Below, piece by piece: positions 7,222 to 15,600 of a stretch of 48,988 nucleotides of DNA. Position numbers and translations under genes: made by a program. Origin of the DNA: a virus (lineage: Duplodnaviria > Caudoviricetes); IMG/VR virus record IMGVR_UViG_3300037780_000193, positions 1 through 48,988 of that record; one strand, given 5' to 3'. The notes beneath the pieces are model-generated. The model saw only the letters and a list, made by a program, of their open reading frames with translations, searched no databases and was not told where the DNA came from. Each line of letters starts with the position of its first letter. The stretch's first letter is position 1.

Positions 7222-9614
7222 CGTCCGGCGTCCTCGCCCTGCAGATGCGGCGCAAGCCATCCCGCCAGATCGCCGAGCGTGGTCATGGCTTCCCGTTCGG
7301 CCTCGGTCATGTCGACGTCGCCGGCCTCGATCTCCAGGGCGCGGATCACATCGCTGAATTGCAGGTCGTCGAGCAAGTCGTGGATGCAAAGGGCGGGGTT
7401 GTGCGCCGGCCGTGCCGGTACACGGCCGCCGATGTGGTGGCACACCTTCAACAGCGCGCGGGTGAAAACCGTCCCGCGAACGGCGTTCGCGTCCCCAACG
7501 GTTGCCTCGCTTCGATCCGCCGGCGGCGCGGCGGCGGACGCCGGGTCGGGTACGTCGTCCGACTTTGGCGCGGGGATCTTGGCGCCGGTCGCGAAAGCGG
7601 CCTTGACCGTATCGGGTGTCCCGAAGCGCAAGGTCGGCAGAACATAGTCCCGGCGGCGTTCGATATCCGCCTGGGGGCATTCGGTCAGGCCGGCGCGCAG
7701 TTCGATCGCCTCACGGATTTTCTTGCCGGTGCCGGGTATCGATTGCAGGCCGATTTCCGTCCCCGCGCGCTCATATCCAAAGGTGCGCAACCCGTCCAAA
7801 TCGCCCGGCCGCTCGCCATCGCCGGCGCGCAGGGTCAGTCCTCGGCCCGCTTCGTCGCCGACCAAGCCCAAAGTGTGCGCGATCGCAAGCGACCCAGGCC
7901 TGTCGCCGAAATCCGTTTGATATTCGTTATGCGAGCCGATCCGCAGGGCGACCAGGGCGGCGAACAGCTCTTTCGTTTCGGCAACGGTCAAGCCCATGAT
8001 CCGCCGCCAGGCCGTACCCTCGTTGTCCGATGAAATTCTGTCCCGGCTGTATCGGTCGACCGGCACCCCAAGGCGCGCGCGGTATCTTTCGACCGTGGCG
8101 GCGGGCCCGGGCGCAGAGACGTCGTCGTCGGCGCATTTCTCCTCGCGCTTGATCTTCACCGCGTCGGTGCCGCCCAACAGCGCCAGAATTACCGCGCGCA
8201 TCGCCAGGTGAGGATCTTGCGCCAGGGCGTCCTGCATCGCTTCGGTCTTGCGTTTCCGGGCGTGGATCAAATGGCCCTTGGTGCAGAGATCCCGCGGCGC
8301 CTCAGCCGGTCCGTCCCCGTCCTTTGCCGGCGCGGGCAGGGCGGCGGTCAGCTTCGCCGGTTCGGTCGGCTTCACCCGCCCTTCGATTACGGTGACGCGG
8401 CCGGAATAGTCGATCTGAATGATCGCGCAGCCTGTCGCCTTGTCCTGGGTCTTCGGCCAGTCGTCGAAGTACCGCGAGCCTTTGCTGCTGTTGTCGTGAA
8501 CGATCACGCCGCCGCCCCACTTCTCGGCGAGGGCTTTCTCCTTCGCCTCGATCGCGGCGGCCTGCATCGTGTCGAACAGGGCGCGGTCTTCGAAATAGTC
8601 CTTGTCCTCGATGGTCCGGATCAGCCCGGTCCAGGCGTCGAGGGGGAAGAAGTTCAATCCAACCGGGATCAGGGACCGCTTAAGCGCGGTCTTGATCTGC
8701 TCGGCCGTCCGATAGTCGTAATGGTTCTGCGCGATCAATTGCACCGCGTTGATCTGGAATTCGTGCGGCGCGGCGGTCAGCGCGCGGGCCTGGGCCAGGG
8801 ACAGGCGGTCGGCTTCTAGCGCCGCCTGAACGTCAGGGTGCAGTTTGTCGACCAGTTCCAGTCGCAATTGGATGACGCGCTTGTCGGCCTTGGTCCGTTC
8901 GGCGATGGTCGCCGCCGGTACGTCCGTTCCGAATTCCGCGCGCAGAAGGTCTTGCAGTGCCTTATAACCGCGCGCTTCGTCCATCGGATGCACGTCGCGG
9001 CGGTCGCGGTTCTCTGACAGGGCGATCCCCAGCAATTCGGCGTCGGAAAGGCCGTGGATCTGAACCGGGATCGCGATATCCGCGCCGTAATGCCCGCCCT
9101 CGATATTCAGTCCGGCCGCGCGATAGCGGCGTTCGCCGGCGGCAATTTCGAACTTGCCGGCCGCCGTCGGATGCGGCCGCGCGACGAGGTTCTGCAGGAT
9201 GCCGCTGCCGCCGTCCCGGGCCTGGGCCAGCAGGGCGTTTGCCAGATCCTGCAAAGCCTCGGGCTCGAATTGCTTGCGCGGGTTCAGCGGCGACGGCGTC
9301 AGGCTGTGCCAGGGTATCAGGCGCAGCGTCCCGGAATCGTGGTCCGGCAATTCCGGCGCGGCCCCGTAGAGAAGCCAATTCGTCGATCGCTTCACGCTGC
9401 GCGCCAGGGCGTCGCAGACCGCGACCTGCATCGTGTCCTGTTTGCGGTTCAGAAACTTGCTGATATTGCCCTGATCGATCCCGGCGGCCTTGGCGGCGGC
9501 GCCTTGGCTTCCGTGCATTTTGACGATTTCGGCGGTTCGGCCGCGGACGGCGTCCCAATCCAAAGCCGGTTGTTCGGGGGTGTCGGACGGAGTCCGGGCT
9601 TTTATTGCATTCAT
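7218..9614 (-). CDS. ParB/RepB/Spo0J-family protein with N-terminal XRE HTH and C-terminal ACP-like domain
   Basis: NPRKQF, GILQNLVAR, AGERRYRA, SENRDRRDVHPMDEA; N-terminal SQGAAAKAAGIDQGNISKFL HTH. Confidence 0.88.
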   Translation of the reverse strand: MNAIKARTPSDTPEQPALDWDAVRGRTAEIVKMHGSQGAAAKAAGIDQGNISKFLNRKQDTMQVAVCDALARSVKRSTNWLLYGAAPELPDHDSGTLRLIPWHSLTPSPLNPRKQFEPEALQDLANALLAQARDGGSGILQNLVARPHPTAAGKFEIAAGERRYRAAGLNIEGGHYGADIAIPVQIHGLSDAELLGIALSENRDRRDVHPMDEARGYKALQDLLRAEFGTDVPAATIAERTKADKRVIQLRLELVDKLHPDVQAALEADRLSLAQARALTAAPHEFQINAVQLIAQNHYDYRTAEQIKTALKRSLIPVGLNFFPLDAWTGLIRTIEDKDYFEDRALFDTMQAAAIEAKEKALAEKWGGGVIVHDNSSKGSRYFDDWPKTQDKATGCAIIQIDYSGRVTVIEGRVKPTEPAKLTAALPAPAKDGDGPAEAPRDLCTKGHLIHARKRKTEAMQDALAQDPHLAMRAVILALLGGTDAVKIKREEKCADDDVSAPGPAATVERYRARLGVPVDRYSRDRISSDNEGTAWRRIMGLTVAETKELFAALVALRIGSHNEYQTDFGDRPGSLAIAHTLGLVGDEAGRGLTLRAGDGERPGDLDGLRTFGYERAGTEIGLQSIPGTGKKIREAIELRAGLTECPQADIERRRDYVLPTLRFGTPDTVKAAFATGAKIPAPKSDDVPDPASAAAPPADRSEATVGDANAVRGTVFTRALLKVCHHIGGRVPARPAHNPALCIHDLLDDLQFSDVIRALEIEAGDVDMTEAEREAMTTLGDLAGWLAPHLQGEDAGR

Positions 9615-9644
9615 GGTCTCTCTCCAATGTCGGATTGGGGCGGG

Positions 9645-9848
9645 TCAGCCGCGCGCGGTGTCCCGCATTGCCGAATTTCGGATCGCGGCGGCCGCGGCGG
9701 CCTGGCTGGGCGCGTTTGGGTCGTTGCCGGCGAAGTCCGGACCGCAGGCGACGGCCCAATGCCCGCCGCACAGGATCAGGGTCGACCCGTCAGTGAAGCC
9801 GCGCCGGGTTTCGTTCGGCCCGGGCCGGGAGGTTTCCGGCGCGCTCAT
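9645..9848 (-). CDS. Hypothetical protein
   Basis: GGAG-poor but ATGA-coupled to the upstream ORF. Confidence 0.4.
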   Translation of the reverse strand: MSAPETSRPGPNETRRGFTDGSTLILCGGHWAVACGPDFAGNDPNAPSQAAAAAAIRNSAMRDTARG

Positions 9849-10132
9849 GCGCCACCCGCCCGCGAATGCCGTTCGCGGCCGATATCGCCCAGCTCCGCCT
9901 GCCGCAGGATTTCGTGACCCTTGCGCGTGACCGCGCCTCGGCCGTCCAGATGGCCGGACCCTTCCAGGCGTTGCACGGCCTGCCGGGTGTTGTGGTCCAG
10001 GTAGGTGTTGCCGGATTGATACTTCCCGGGCGCGTTGATCGCGTTCCGCAGGATTTCCAAGCCGGCGGCGGTGACCGCGCGCCGCACCATGGCGGTACGG
10101 CGCGCGGTCGGGATGGCGGGCAGGGCGCGCAT
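9845..10132 (-). CDS. Hypothetical protein, possible winged helix
   Basis: QAVQRLEGSGHL...VTRKGHEIL resembles the end of a wHTH. Confidence 0.5.
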   Translation of the reverse strand: MRALPAIPTARRTAMVRRAVTAAGLEILRNAINAPGKYQSGNTYLDHNTRQAVQRLEGSGHLDGRGAVTRKGHEILRQAELGDIGRERHSRAGGA

Positions 10133-10133
10133 G

Positions 10134-10586
10134 TTACGCGACCCGCGCGGTGCTCTGGGACGCGGCGGTCAAGCCGCTCCGGTCGCGTCCGCCGGCGCTC
10201 TCCGCCATCACGGCCGGGGCGTCTGGCGTGCCGTCCCGGCCGGTCTCGGAAAAATCGACGATTGTCAGGAAGGCCGCCCGCTTCTTCGCCGGCATGGCGT
10301 CAATGATGGTGGCGATTTCGATCGCCCGGCGGCTGGGCGGCTTGCCGTTCGCCTGCACCGGCCGCGCCTCGCCCAACCCTTCGAACAGCGCCGCGACCGG
10401 GACGTTCAAGATGTTGGCGGTCGCCAGCAGGCGGCTGGCCCCCATCCGGTTGGTCCCTTTCTCGTATTTCTGAACCTGTTGAAAGCTGACGCCGAGGCGC
10501 TCGCCAAGTTCCGTCTGGCTCAGCCCCCGCGCAACACGGGTTTCGCGAACGATGCGGCCGACATGAATGTCAGTTGGGTGTGGCAT
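10134..10586 (-). CDS. XRE-family HTH regulator, PraR/PhrR-like
   Basis: PTDIHVG..R...GLSQTELGERLGVSFQQVQKYEKGTNRMGASRL. Confidence 0.88.
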   Translation of the reverse strand: MPHPTDIHVGRIVRETRVARGLSQTELGERLGVSFQQVQKYEKGTNRMGASRLLATANILNVPVAALFEGLGEARPVQANGKPPSRRAIEIATIIDAMPAKKRAAFLTIVDFSETGRDGTPDAPAVMAESAGGRDRSGLTAASQSTARVA

Positions 10587-10618
10587 AAATCTCTCCCTTT
10601 CCTGTGTAGGTAGTGGAG

Positions 10619-10669
10619 AGCATAATGGGAAAAATCACACCGTCAATATTAAAAGTGTGAAAAAACACA
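10619..10669 (-). promoter_or_regulatory. PL-like promoter with two 14-bp operators (OL)
   Basis: Minus strand TTGACG-N16-TATGCT; operators TGGGAAAAATCACA (10626-10639) and TGTGAAAAAACACA (10656-10669) match those at cI/cro. Confidence 0.75.
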
Positions 10670-10737
10670 CCATAGGAGATTTGCTAGATTATGATACCGC
10701 ACGATAAACAGGTTAAAGGCATTGGGGAGTTTCAATT

Positions 10738-11436
10738 TTGACCATCATTCAGGAAGCGTTCGAGACCCTCAGAGGGGCCGCCAAAGAACGTGGCGTTATA
10801 ATCCACTACGGAGAGACAATCGAAGAATACCGGTCACTCTGTCATGAGGGTGATTGTGTCCCCGGCGCGCCCTTCGAAGGTGTGGAGCCGGGCGGTTTTT
10901 TGTTTCTGGCGGGCCGACTGAACGGCGTATTAATGCACCGCCAGGCTTTCAGGCTGAAAATGCTTGCGGGCACCGCCGCCGACGACCTCGCTGGATTTTG
11001 GCTTCGCTACCACCAGGACGCGGCCGACGGTTCCTTGCCTGCAGAACCATTCACGACCGCACCGGCCGCGCTCGAGCGGGGTGGTCGCGTGGCTTATCAC
11101 GGAGACCTATGGATTGAACGTGGTGCCGGCGGTGTAGGGTTGCAGGCTCACCTAAGCGATATACTTCCCAAAATTGGACTGTTTCTCGCCGCCCATTACT
11201 GGGCCCCAAACACTATCTACGGCATTGTTGAGCCGCGTAAGGTGCTGACGGGCCTTGCGGCGAGGTGGGGTTACACCAGGATGCAGCCGGGCGCGATGCG
11301 TTGGGAAGTTGCGCCGCCTGATATCCCTCGGAATGAGTGGATTGTCGCAATTACCGACGCGGATCTCGTGCACCTGGCCGGGGAGATCATGGAATGGGGC
11401 TTGCCGGTCCTTTCAGGATGGTCGTCGCGCAAATGA
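10738..11436 (+). CDS. Uncharacterised protein, possible GNAT/acyltransferase-like fold
   Basis: TTG start behind GGGGAG; VAYHGDLWIE.G.GG.GL and WGYTRMQ resemble GNAT motifs A/B. Confidence 0.65.
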   Translation: MTIIQEAFETLRGAAKERGVIIHYGETIEEYRSLCHEGDCVPGAPFEGVEPGGFLFLAGRLNGVLMHRQAFRLKMLAGTAADDLAGFWLRYHQDAADGSLPAEPFTTAPAALERGGRVAYHGDLWIERGAGGVGLQAHLSDILPKIGLFLAAHYWAPNTIYGIVEPRKVLTGLAARWGYTRMQPGAMRWEVAPPDIPRNEWIVAITDADLVHLAGEIMEWGLPVLSGWSSRK

Positions 11437-12280
11437 CCGGTAAGCCGGGGCCTGCCGCAGGGGCGATGGTCCGGTCATAGCGAATCCAGATTGGTTCGGG
11501 GAACAGTATTGTCTGAATCGCCGCCAGTACGCGGTCGCTTTGAGGGCTCTGCTCATATCGAGCCGTAGCATAGGGCGACTGGGCGGCGGCTTCATACGAT
11601 TGGTCGGGTAGGGCGCCGGGCTTCTGGGCCCAATCGCGCCCGAATATCGCCGCCAATGGAGACCGGCGCCCAACATAGGCGGGCAGGTCGCCCGTTCCGT
11701 CTTCAGAAAGGCAGAATACTGAAACGCGCCTGTGATCGCGAAGTTCCGATAGAATTGAGGTCGCATCGGGAAGCGTTCGGCCATTTCTGACGCGCCAGCC
11801 ATTCAGTAGATCCCGAGACAAAGCCGCCGGTCGAGAGGGATCTAGTTCTTGTTCACGCAATGCGCCAAGCGTCCTAATCGATGCCCATGTCATTAGCGTC
11901 TCTAGTCTGGTCTCTGTTGATCGTGGGTCCGGATGGAGTTCGCGAGCCCACGCGCCGCCATATCGGTACCGGATGCGCGTTGACCCAGGGTCGTTGAATT
12001 GGCGCCTCAAACTCAGAGCATTAGAAAGGGCCCGATCCGATACTCGTTCGAGATCAAAGGCGATTTCGCAGCCACTCAAAAACCGGTGCAGCCGCACCCA
12101 GGCGAACTGTCGGAATGGCGTTCCCAGATCGCGCAGGGCAAATGGATAAAGCGGGTTTGTGCGTATGACGCTTTGGGGAACGCTTACCGGGGGTCCACTG
12201 TCACCGATCCAGTAAACGCGCACCTCGTCGCCGGCTGGAGTTAACGCCGTGTCCAGGTTGGCCGCCGCGCGGATTAGCAT
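11387..12280 (-). CDS. Uncharacterised protein with C-terminal PAS-like domain
   Basis: YVG..S.LA.IFG.DWA...PD..Y.....Y......P..D...IRYDR.I.P resembles alphaproteobacterial PAS_5-type domains. Confidence 0.6.
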   Translation of the reverse strand: MLIRAAANLDTALTPAGDEVRVYWIGDSGPPVSVPQSVIRTNPLYPFALRDLGTPFRQFAWVRLHRFLSGCEIAFDLERVSDRALSNALSLRRQFNDPGSTRIRYRYGGAWARELHPDPRSTETRLETLMTWASIRTLGALREQELDPSRPAALSRDLLNGWRVRNGRTLPDATSILSELRDHRRVSVFCLSEDGTGDLPAYVGRRSPLAAIFGRDWAQKPGALPDQSYEAAAQSPYATARYEQSPQSDRVLAAIQTILFPEPIWIRYDRTIAPAAGPGLPVICATTILKGPASPIP

Positions 12281-12582
12281 GCGTCGTCTTCTGAGGTGCG
12301 AACGGCATTCGCGATCCGTCGATAGAGCTTTATCCCGGACGCGGGGAGGGCGGGGGCCTGGCCTGGTTCGGCAAACAAGCGGTCTGGCGTAATTTCCAGG
12401 GCTATGGCTAGGCGAAGCGCCTCATAGGGTGTGATCGTCTCCGTTCCTTTCAAAATCGCTTTGAACCGGGTCGAGCCAATTCCCGCTGTTTCTCCAACAT
12501 GGTCGACCGTTTCGCCGATGAGCGCGGCATGAAAGCCAACCGACCGGCGCAGCCGCGCCGGATCCCTCCAAATATCCGCCAT
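12274..12582 (-). CDS. XRE/HigA-like HTH protein
   Basis: VGETAGIGSTRFKAILKG...ITPYEALRLAIALEITPDRLF; overlaps the start of the PAS-like gene. Confidence 0.7.
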   Translation of the reverse strand: MADIWRDPARLRRSVGFHAALIGETVDHVGETAGIGSTRFKAILKGTETITPYEALRLAIALEITPDRLFAEPGQAPALPASGIKLYRRIANAVRTSEDDAC

Positions 12583-12772
12583 ACAAAAATGCCCCCAGAA
12601 AGTGCGGCGCTGCCAAATATTGCCGCGTTCCGGGTAGCGAAACACAGGCTCGTAACTGGTGCAATAATTTTTAGAATTCCCGAATATTTAGCAGAACCTT
12701 CTTGCCGCCGCGTTTTGGGTGGATGTATCGTAAAGGGTGTATCGTGTAGAAAAATCAATGAGGGGGAGTGCT

Positions 12773-13150
12773 ATGTCAGCGGAAATGATGCAGTACGATG
12801 CTCAGAAGAAGTCAGCAGGGCTGGGCTATGTCCTGTGGTTCTTTCTGGGGTGGTTGGGGATTCACCGGTTCTATTGCGGAAAGACAAAGTCCGGATTGTT
12901 GCAGTTGTTCGCCGGTGTAGGGGCCCTGATTGTCATGATCGTGTCATTGGCCGGCGGCATGGCGGCGTCGATCTCCGGCGACAATGCGGCGGCGGAAGCG
13001 GCCGGAGGAACGACGGTGTTTGCCCTTCTGATTTGGGCCGTGGTCGCGATATGGGTGTTCGTCGACGTGTTCTTCGTCGGACGGTGGGTCTCTCGCCACA
13101 ATATCGGTTTGGCGAACCGGTTGGGGTCTACGCCCGCGGTGCAGGCTTAA
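12773..13150 (+). CDS. TM2-domain membrane protein
   Basis: KKSAGLGYVLWFFLGWLGIHRFYCGK signature; GGGGAG RBS. Confidence 0.88.
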   Translation: MSAEMMQYDAQKKSAGLGYVLWFFLGWLGIHRFYCGKTKSGLLQLFAGVGALIVMIVSLAGGMAASISGDNAAAEAAGGTTVFALLIWAVVAIWVFVDVFFVGRWVSRHNIGLANRLGSTPAVQA

Positions 13151-13197
13151 TCGGAAGCGCGGTGTTTGTGGTACCGGATCGGGACGGGGAGGGGCAA

Positions 13198-13914
13198 ATG
13201 TTCAGATTTTTGATTAGTTTGATCGGCTCAATTGTAGTGGCGGCCGGATTGGCCGGATGTAAGGACGAGGTCGCCTTTCATGTCTATTCACGGGACATGC
13301 AGGATGTAATTGCCGACCCCGAAGCGCGCGGCAAGGTTCAGGCCGAGTATGCGTCGGAAGTGTTGATGGGCGTTGAAAAATGTACCGCGCAAGTCGAAAA
13401 GTTGCTTCCGACGTTGGGGCAAATGCTTGATCTCGATGCTGATCGTCCAGGTTGGTGCGAGAAAAACGGCATATCCACTTTCCTAAGGGTCCGATTTTGG
13501 GTTCAGATTGTGAACCCGACGGTGGCGGACGTCAGCTATCAGGGGGTTGGCGTATTGTTGAGTACACGCGCGTCCGACGGATCCTCGCAATTTAATCTGT
13601 ACTTCCCCGATGAAGGGCAACAAGCCCTTAAGGACGCGGTGGCGAGCGTGGTGCCGACGGCGCGGTTCGACCCTAGAGACGTTTCCTATCGAATTGTTCT
13701 CCATAACGATCTGCGCCAGCCGATCGAGCTCCGAACGGTAGCAAGTTATGTTGACGGGGAGATCGATTGGCCGGATGGGGCGCAGGGCTTCTACAATGTA
13801 AAGGATGTGGACACGCGCACATCGGCGCATGTCCGTCTATCGGATTGGGTGAGGGATTTGACTTTGCTCAGCCCAGGCCAATTCGCGACTTTCTACTGGA
13901 TAGAGAAGGACTAG
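13198..13914 (+). CDS. Lipoprotein of unknown function
   Basis: Signal peptide with lipobox LAGC; GGAGG RBS. Confidence 0.75.
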   Translation: MFRFLISLIGSIVVAAGLAGCKDEVAFHVYSRDMQDVIADPEARGKVQAEYASEVLMGVEKCTAQVEKLLPTLGQMLDLDADRPGWCEKNGISTFLRVRFWVQIVNPTVADVSYQGVGVLLSTRASDGSSQFNLYFPDEGQQALKDAVASVVPTARFDPRDVSYRIVLHNDLRQPIELRTVASYVDGEIDWPDGAQGFYNVKDVDTRTSAHVRLSDWVRDLTLLSPGQFATFYWIEKD

Positions 13915-14378
13915 CGGCCGCGGAGTGACTGCAGATCGTTCACTTCTTCGATCGCGTGTTTCACGGTCTGGCGTAGCTTGTCAGGGTCCGGCGCCTTCTG
14001 CTGTAGCGCGCCGTCGGCGAATGCTTTTGCAATGATCTCGAGATCGTAATCCGACGCGTCCGGGGGAACAGGTTGCTCTCCATCGCGGAAGACTTTTAGA
14101 AATTCAAGGGTAAGCCGAAAAACCAGGGCACGAGTGTCCTCGGTTATGGTCGGCTTCTCCCCGAGCAGCTCGCCAACAGTGCAATCAAGTTCTTCGGCGA
14201 TACGTTGAAGCTTGTCGACGGTGACGCTTTGCTTCCGGCCGTCAAACAGATCCCGCAAATAGGTGTCTGACAGCTGGGCGGCGATTGCCAGCCGCTTCTG
14301 GGTAGACTTTTTTGCCACCATGCGACGGTAAATTTCACGCGCTAACGGTGGCATGTGAGTGAGGTCTCGCGCTTTCAT
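13911..14378 (-). CDS. CI-like repressor (XRE HTH) without recognisable S24 autoprotease domain
   Basis: TQKRLAIAAQLSDTYLRDLFDGRKQSV...IAEELDCTVGELLG; divergent from the cro-like gene; 155 aa. Confidence 0.8.
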   Translation of the reverse strand: MKARDLTHMPPLAREIYRRMVAKKSTQKRLAIAAQLSDTYLRDLFDGRKQSVTVDKLQRIAEELDCTVGELLGEKPTITEDTRALVFRLTLEFLKVFRDGEQPVPPDASDYDLEIIAKAFADGALQQKAPDPDKLRQTVKHAIEEVNDLQSLRGR

Positions 14379-14388
14379 GCCTAAATAC

Positions 14389-14458
14389 TGCGATTTTTCA
14401 GTCGTTTAGGTAAGATGTGAAAAATCCCATTGACGAATGGGTAAAATCACACTTTTGT
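14389..14458 (+). promoter_or_regulatory. OR/PR-like switch region
   Basis: TGTGAAAAATCCCA (14416-14429), TTGACG (14430-14435), TGGGTAAAATCACA (14438-14451) and a weaker TGCGATTTTTCAGT (14389-14402). Confidence 0.75.
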
Positions 14459-14466
14459 TAGTGCCC

Positions 14467-14724
14467 ATGACGATACGCCACAAAATATTGCGGTCGCTCG
14501 ACGCGCATCGGCGGGCCCTGGGCCTGGATGTCACGCCGTATAGCCGGGAGGCGACCGGCGATCCGAAGTTTCTGGCGAACCTGGCGCGCGGGCGTGGGGT
14601 CAGTTTTCGGTCGATCGAGAAGGCGGAGGAATTTATGCGCCGCGATCCCGCCGGGCTCGATCTTTCCGAAACCATCTTCGCCGATGCCGCGTTCGCCGAC
14701 CGATCGGGGGTGGCCGATGTGTAA
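14467..14724 (+). CDS. Cro-like protein
   Basis: YSREATGDPKFLANLARGRGVSFRSIEKAEEFM, typical alphaproteobacterial phage Cro-like; divergent from cI. Confidence 0.75.
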   Translation: MTIRHKILRSLDAHRRALGLDVTPYSREATGDPKFLANLARGRGVSFRSIEKAEEFMRRDPAGLDLSETIFADAAFADRSGVADV

Positions 14725-14753
14725 GACGACAAACCAAGGAAAGGGTACGGGCT

Positions 14754-15095
14754 ATGTCCGAACAGGAACCAGATGCTCCGAAATACGATCCGAGCTCCAC
14801 GAACCGCGAATTGAATTCGCCGGAATACGATTGGAAACCGCAGCCATACGGGGTGCAGTGCAGAACGGTGAGCCATGTCCAGATCAGTGTCTGGGCGGAT
14901 GCATCCAACGGTCGGGTCGAGGTGCGTCTCACCCAGGGGACAGGCATAGAGGACAGACTGGAAGTGGTGTCGGGGTTGCATCCGGCCGCCGCCCGGCATC
15001 TGGCCGCAAAGCTGCTCGAGAACGCCGCTTGGGCGGAGAGGCATCCGCTTCGCGCGCCGCCGGACGGTTGGCCGAAGCGGGTTACCCGTCGGTAG
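14754..15095 (+). CDS. Hypothetical protein
   Basis: Follows cro in the rightward operon; purine-rich RBS. Confidence 0.5.
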   Translation: MSEQEPDAPKYDPSSTNRELNSPEYDWKPQPYGVQCRTVSHVQISVWADASNGRVEVRLTQGTGIEDRLEVVSGLHPAAARHLAAKLLENAAWAERHPLRAPPDGWPKRVTRR

Positions 15096-15100
15096 GCCCG

Positions 15101-15409
15101 TCAGCGCAGGGCCGGCGGCGCGCGGTACGGCCGGATTTCGTCGGTTTCGCAATTGTCGCACCACACCACGGCTTCCATGGGCGCGCCGGTTTCGCCCTGT
15201 CCGCGGCCGATCCTGAGGATCCTTGTCTCTTTTCCGCAGCGACTGCACGGGTTCGTCGGGGGGCGCGGCGCGTTCGCGGCGGCGCGCAGCGCAGCTTCGA
15301 GCGTCGCAACGCGCTCTTCGAGCCGCTCCATCCGTCCGTCCAGTCCGCGCAAGCGCTTCCAGACGGGAATTCGGTCCAGGATGGCGAGAATGTCGGCGGT
15401 TATCCCCAT
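15101..15409 (-). CDS. Coiled-coil + Zn-ribbon protein, counter-oriented
   Basis: DILAILDRIPVWKRL, coiled coil, CSRC...CDNC. Confidence 0.65.
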   Translation of the reverse strand: MGITADILAILDRIPVWKRLRGLDGRMERLEERVATLEAALRAAANAPRPPTNPCSRCGKETRILRIGRGQGETGAPMEAVVWCDNCETDEIRPYRAPPALR

Positions 15410-15600
15410 GTCGGGCGGCTCGTGTTTTGGTCGAAAGCGGGGCCAGGATGCACCGGGATTTCGGATGCTGTCCATACCCTGGTGAGCGCCGTCTCGGATA
15501 ACGGCTCAGCCGGGCGGGGCGGGTTGCCGCGTCGCGGCGGCGTCTGGGGTGCGGGCCTTGTGTCATGCCGCGATCGTGACCCAGTCGGGGAGGGGGTGCC

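Noticed and set aside
12499-13197. 471-aa version of the lipoprotein ORF
   Set aside because: The upstream part overlaps the TM2 gene in another frame; RBS and signal peptide support the start at 13198
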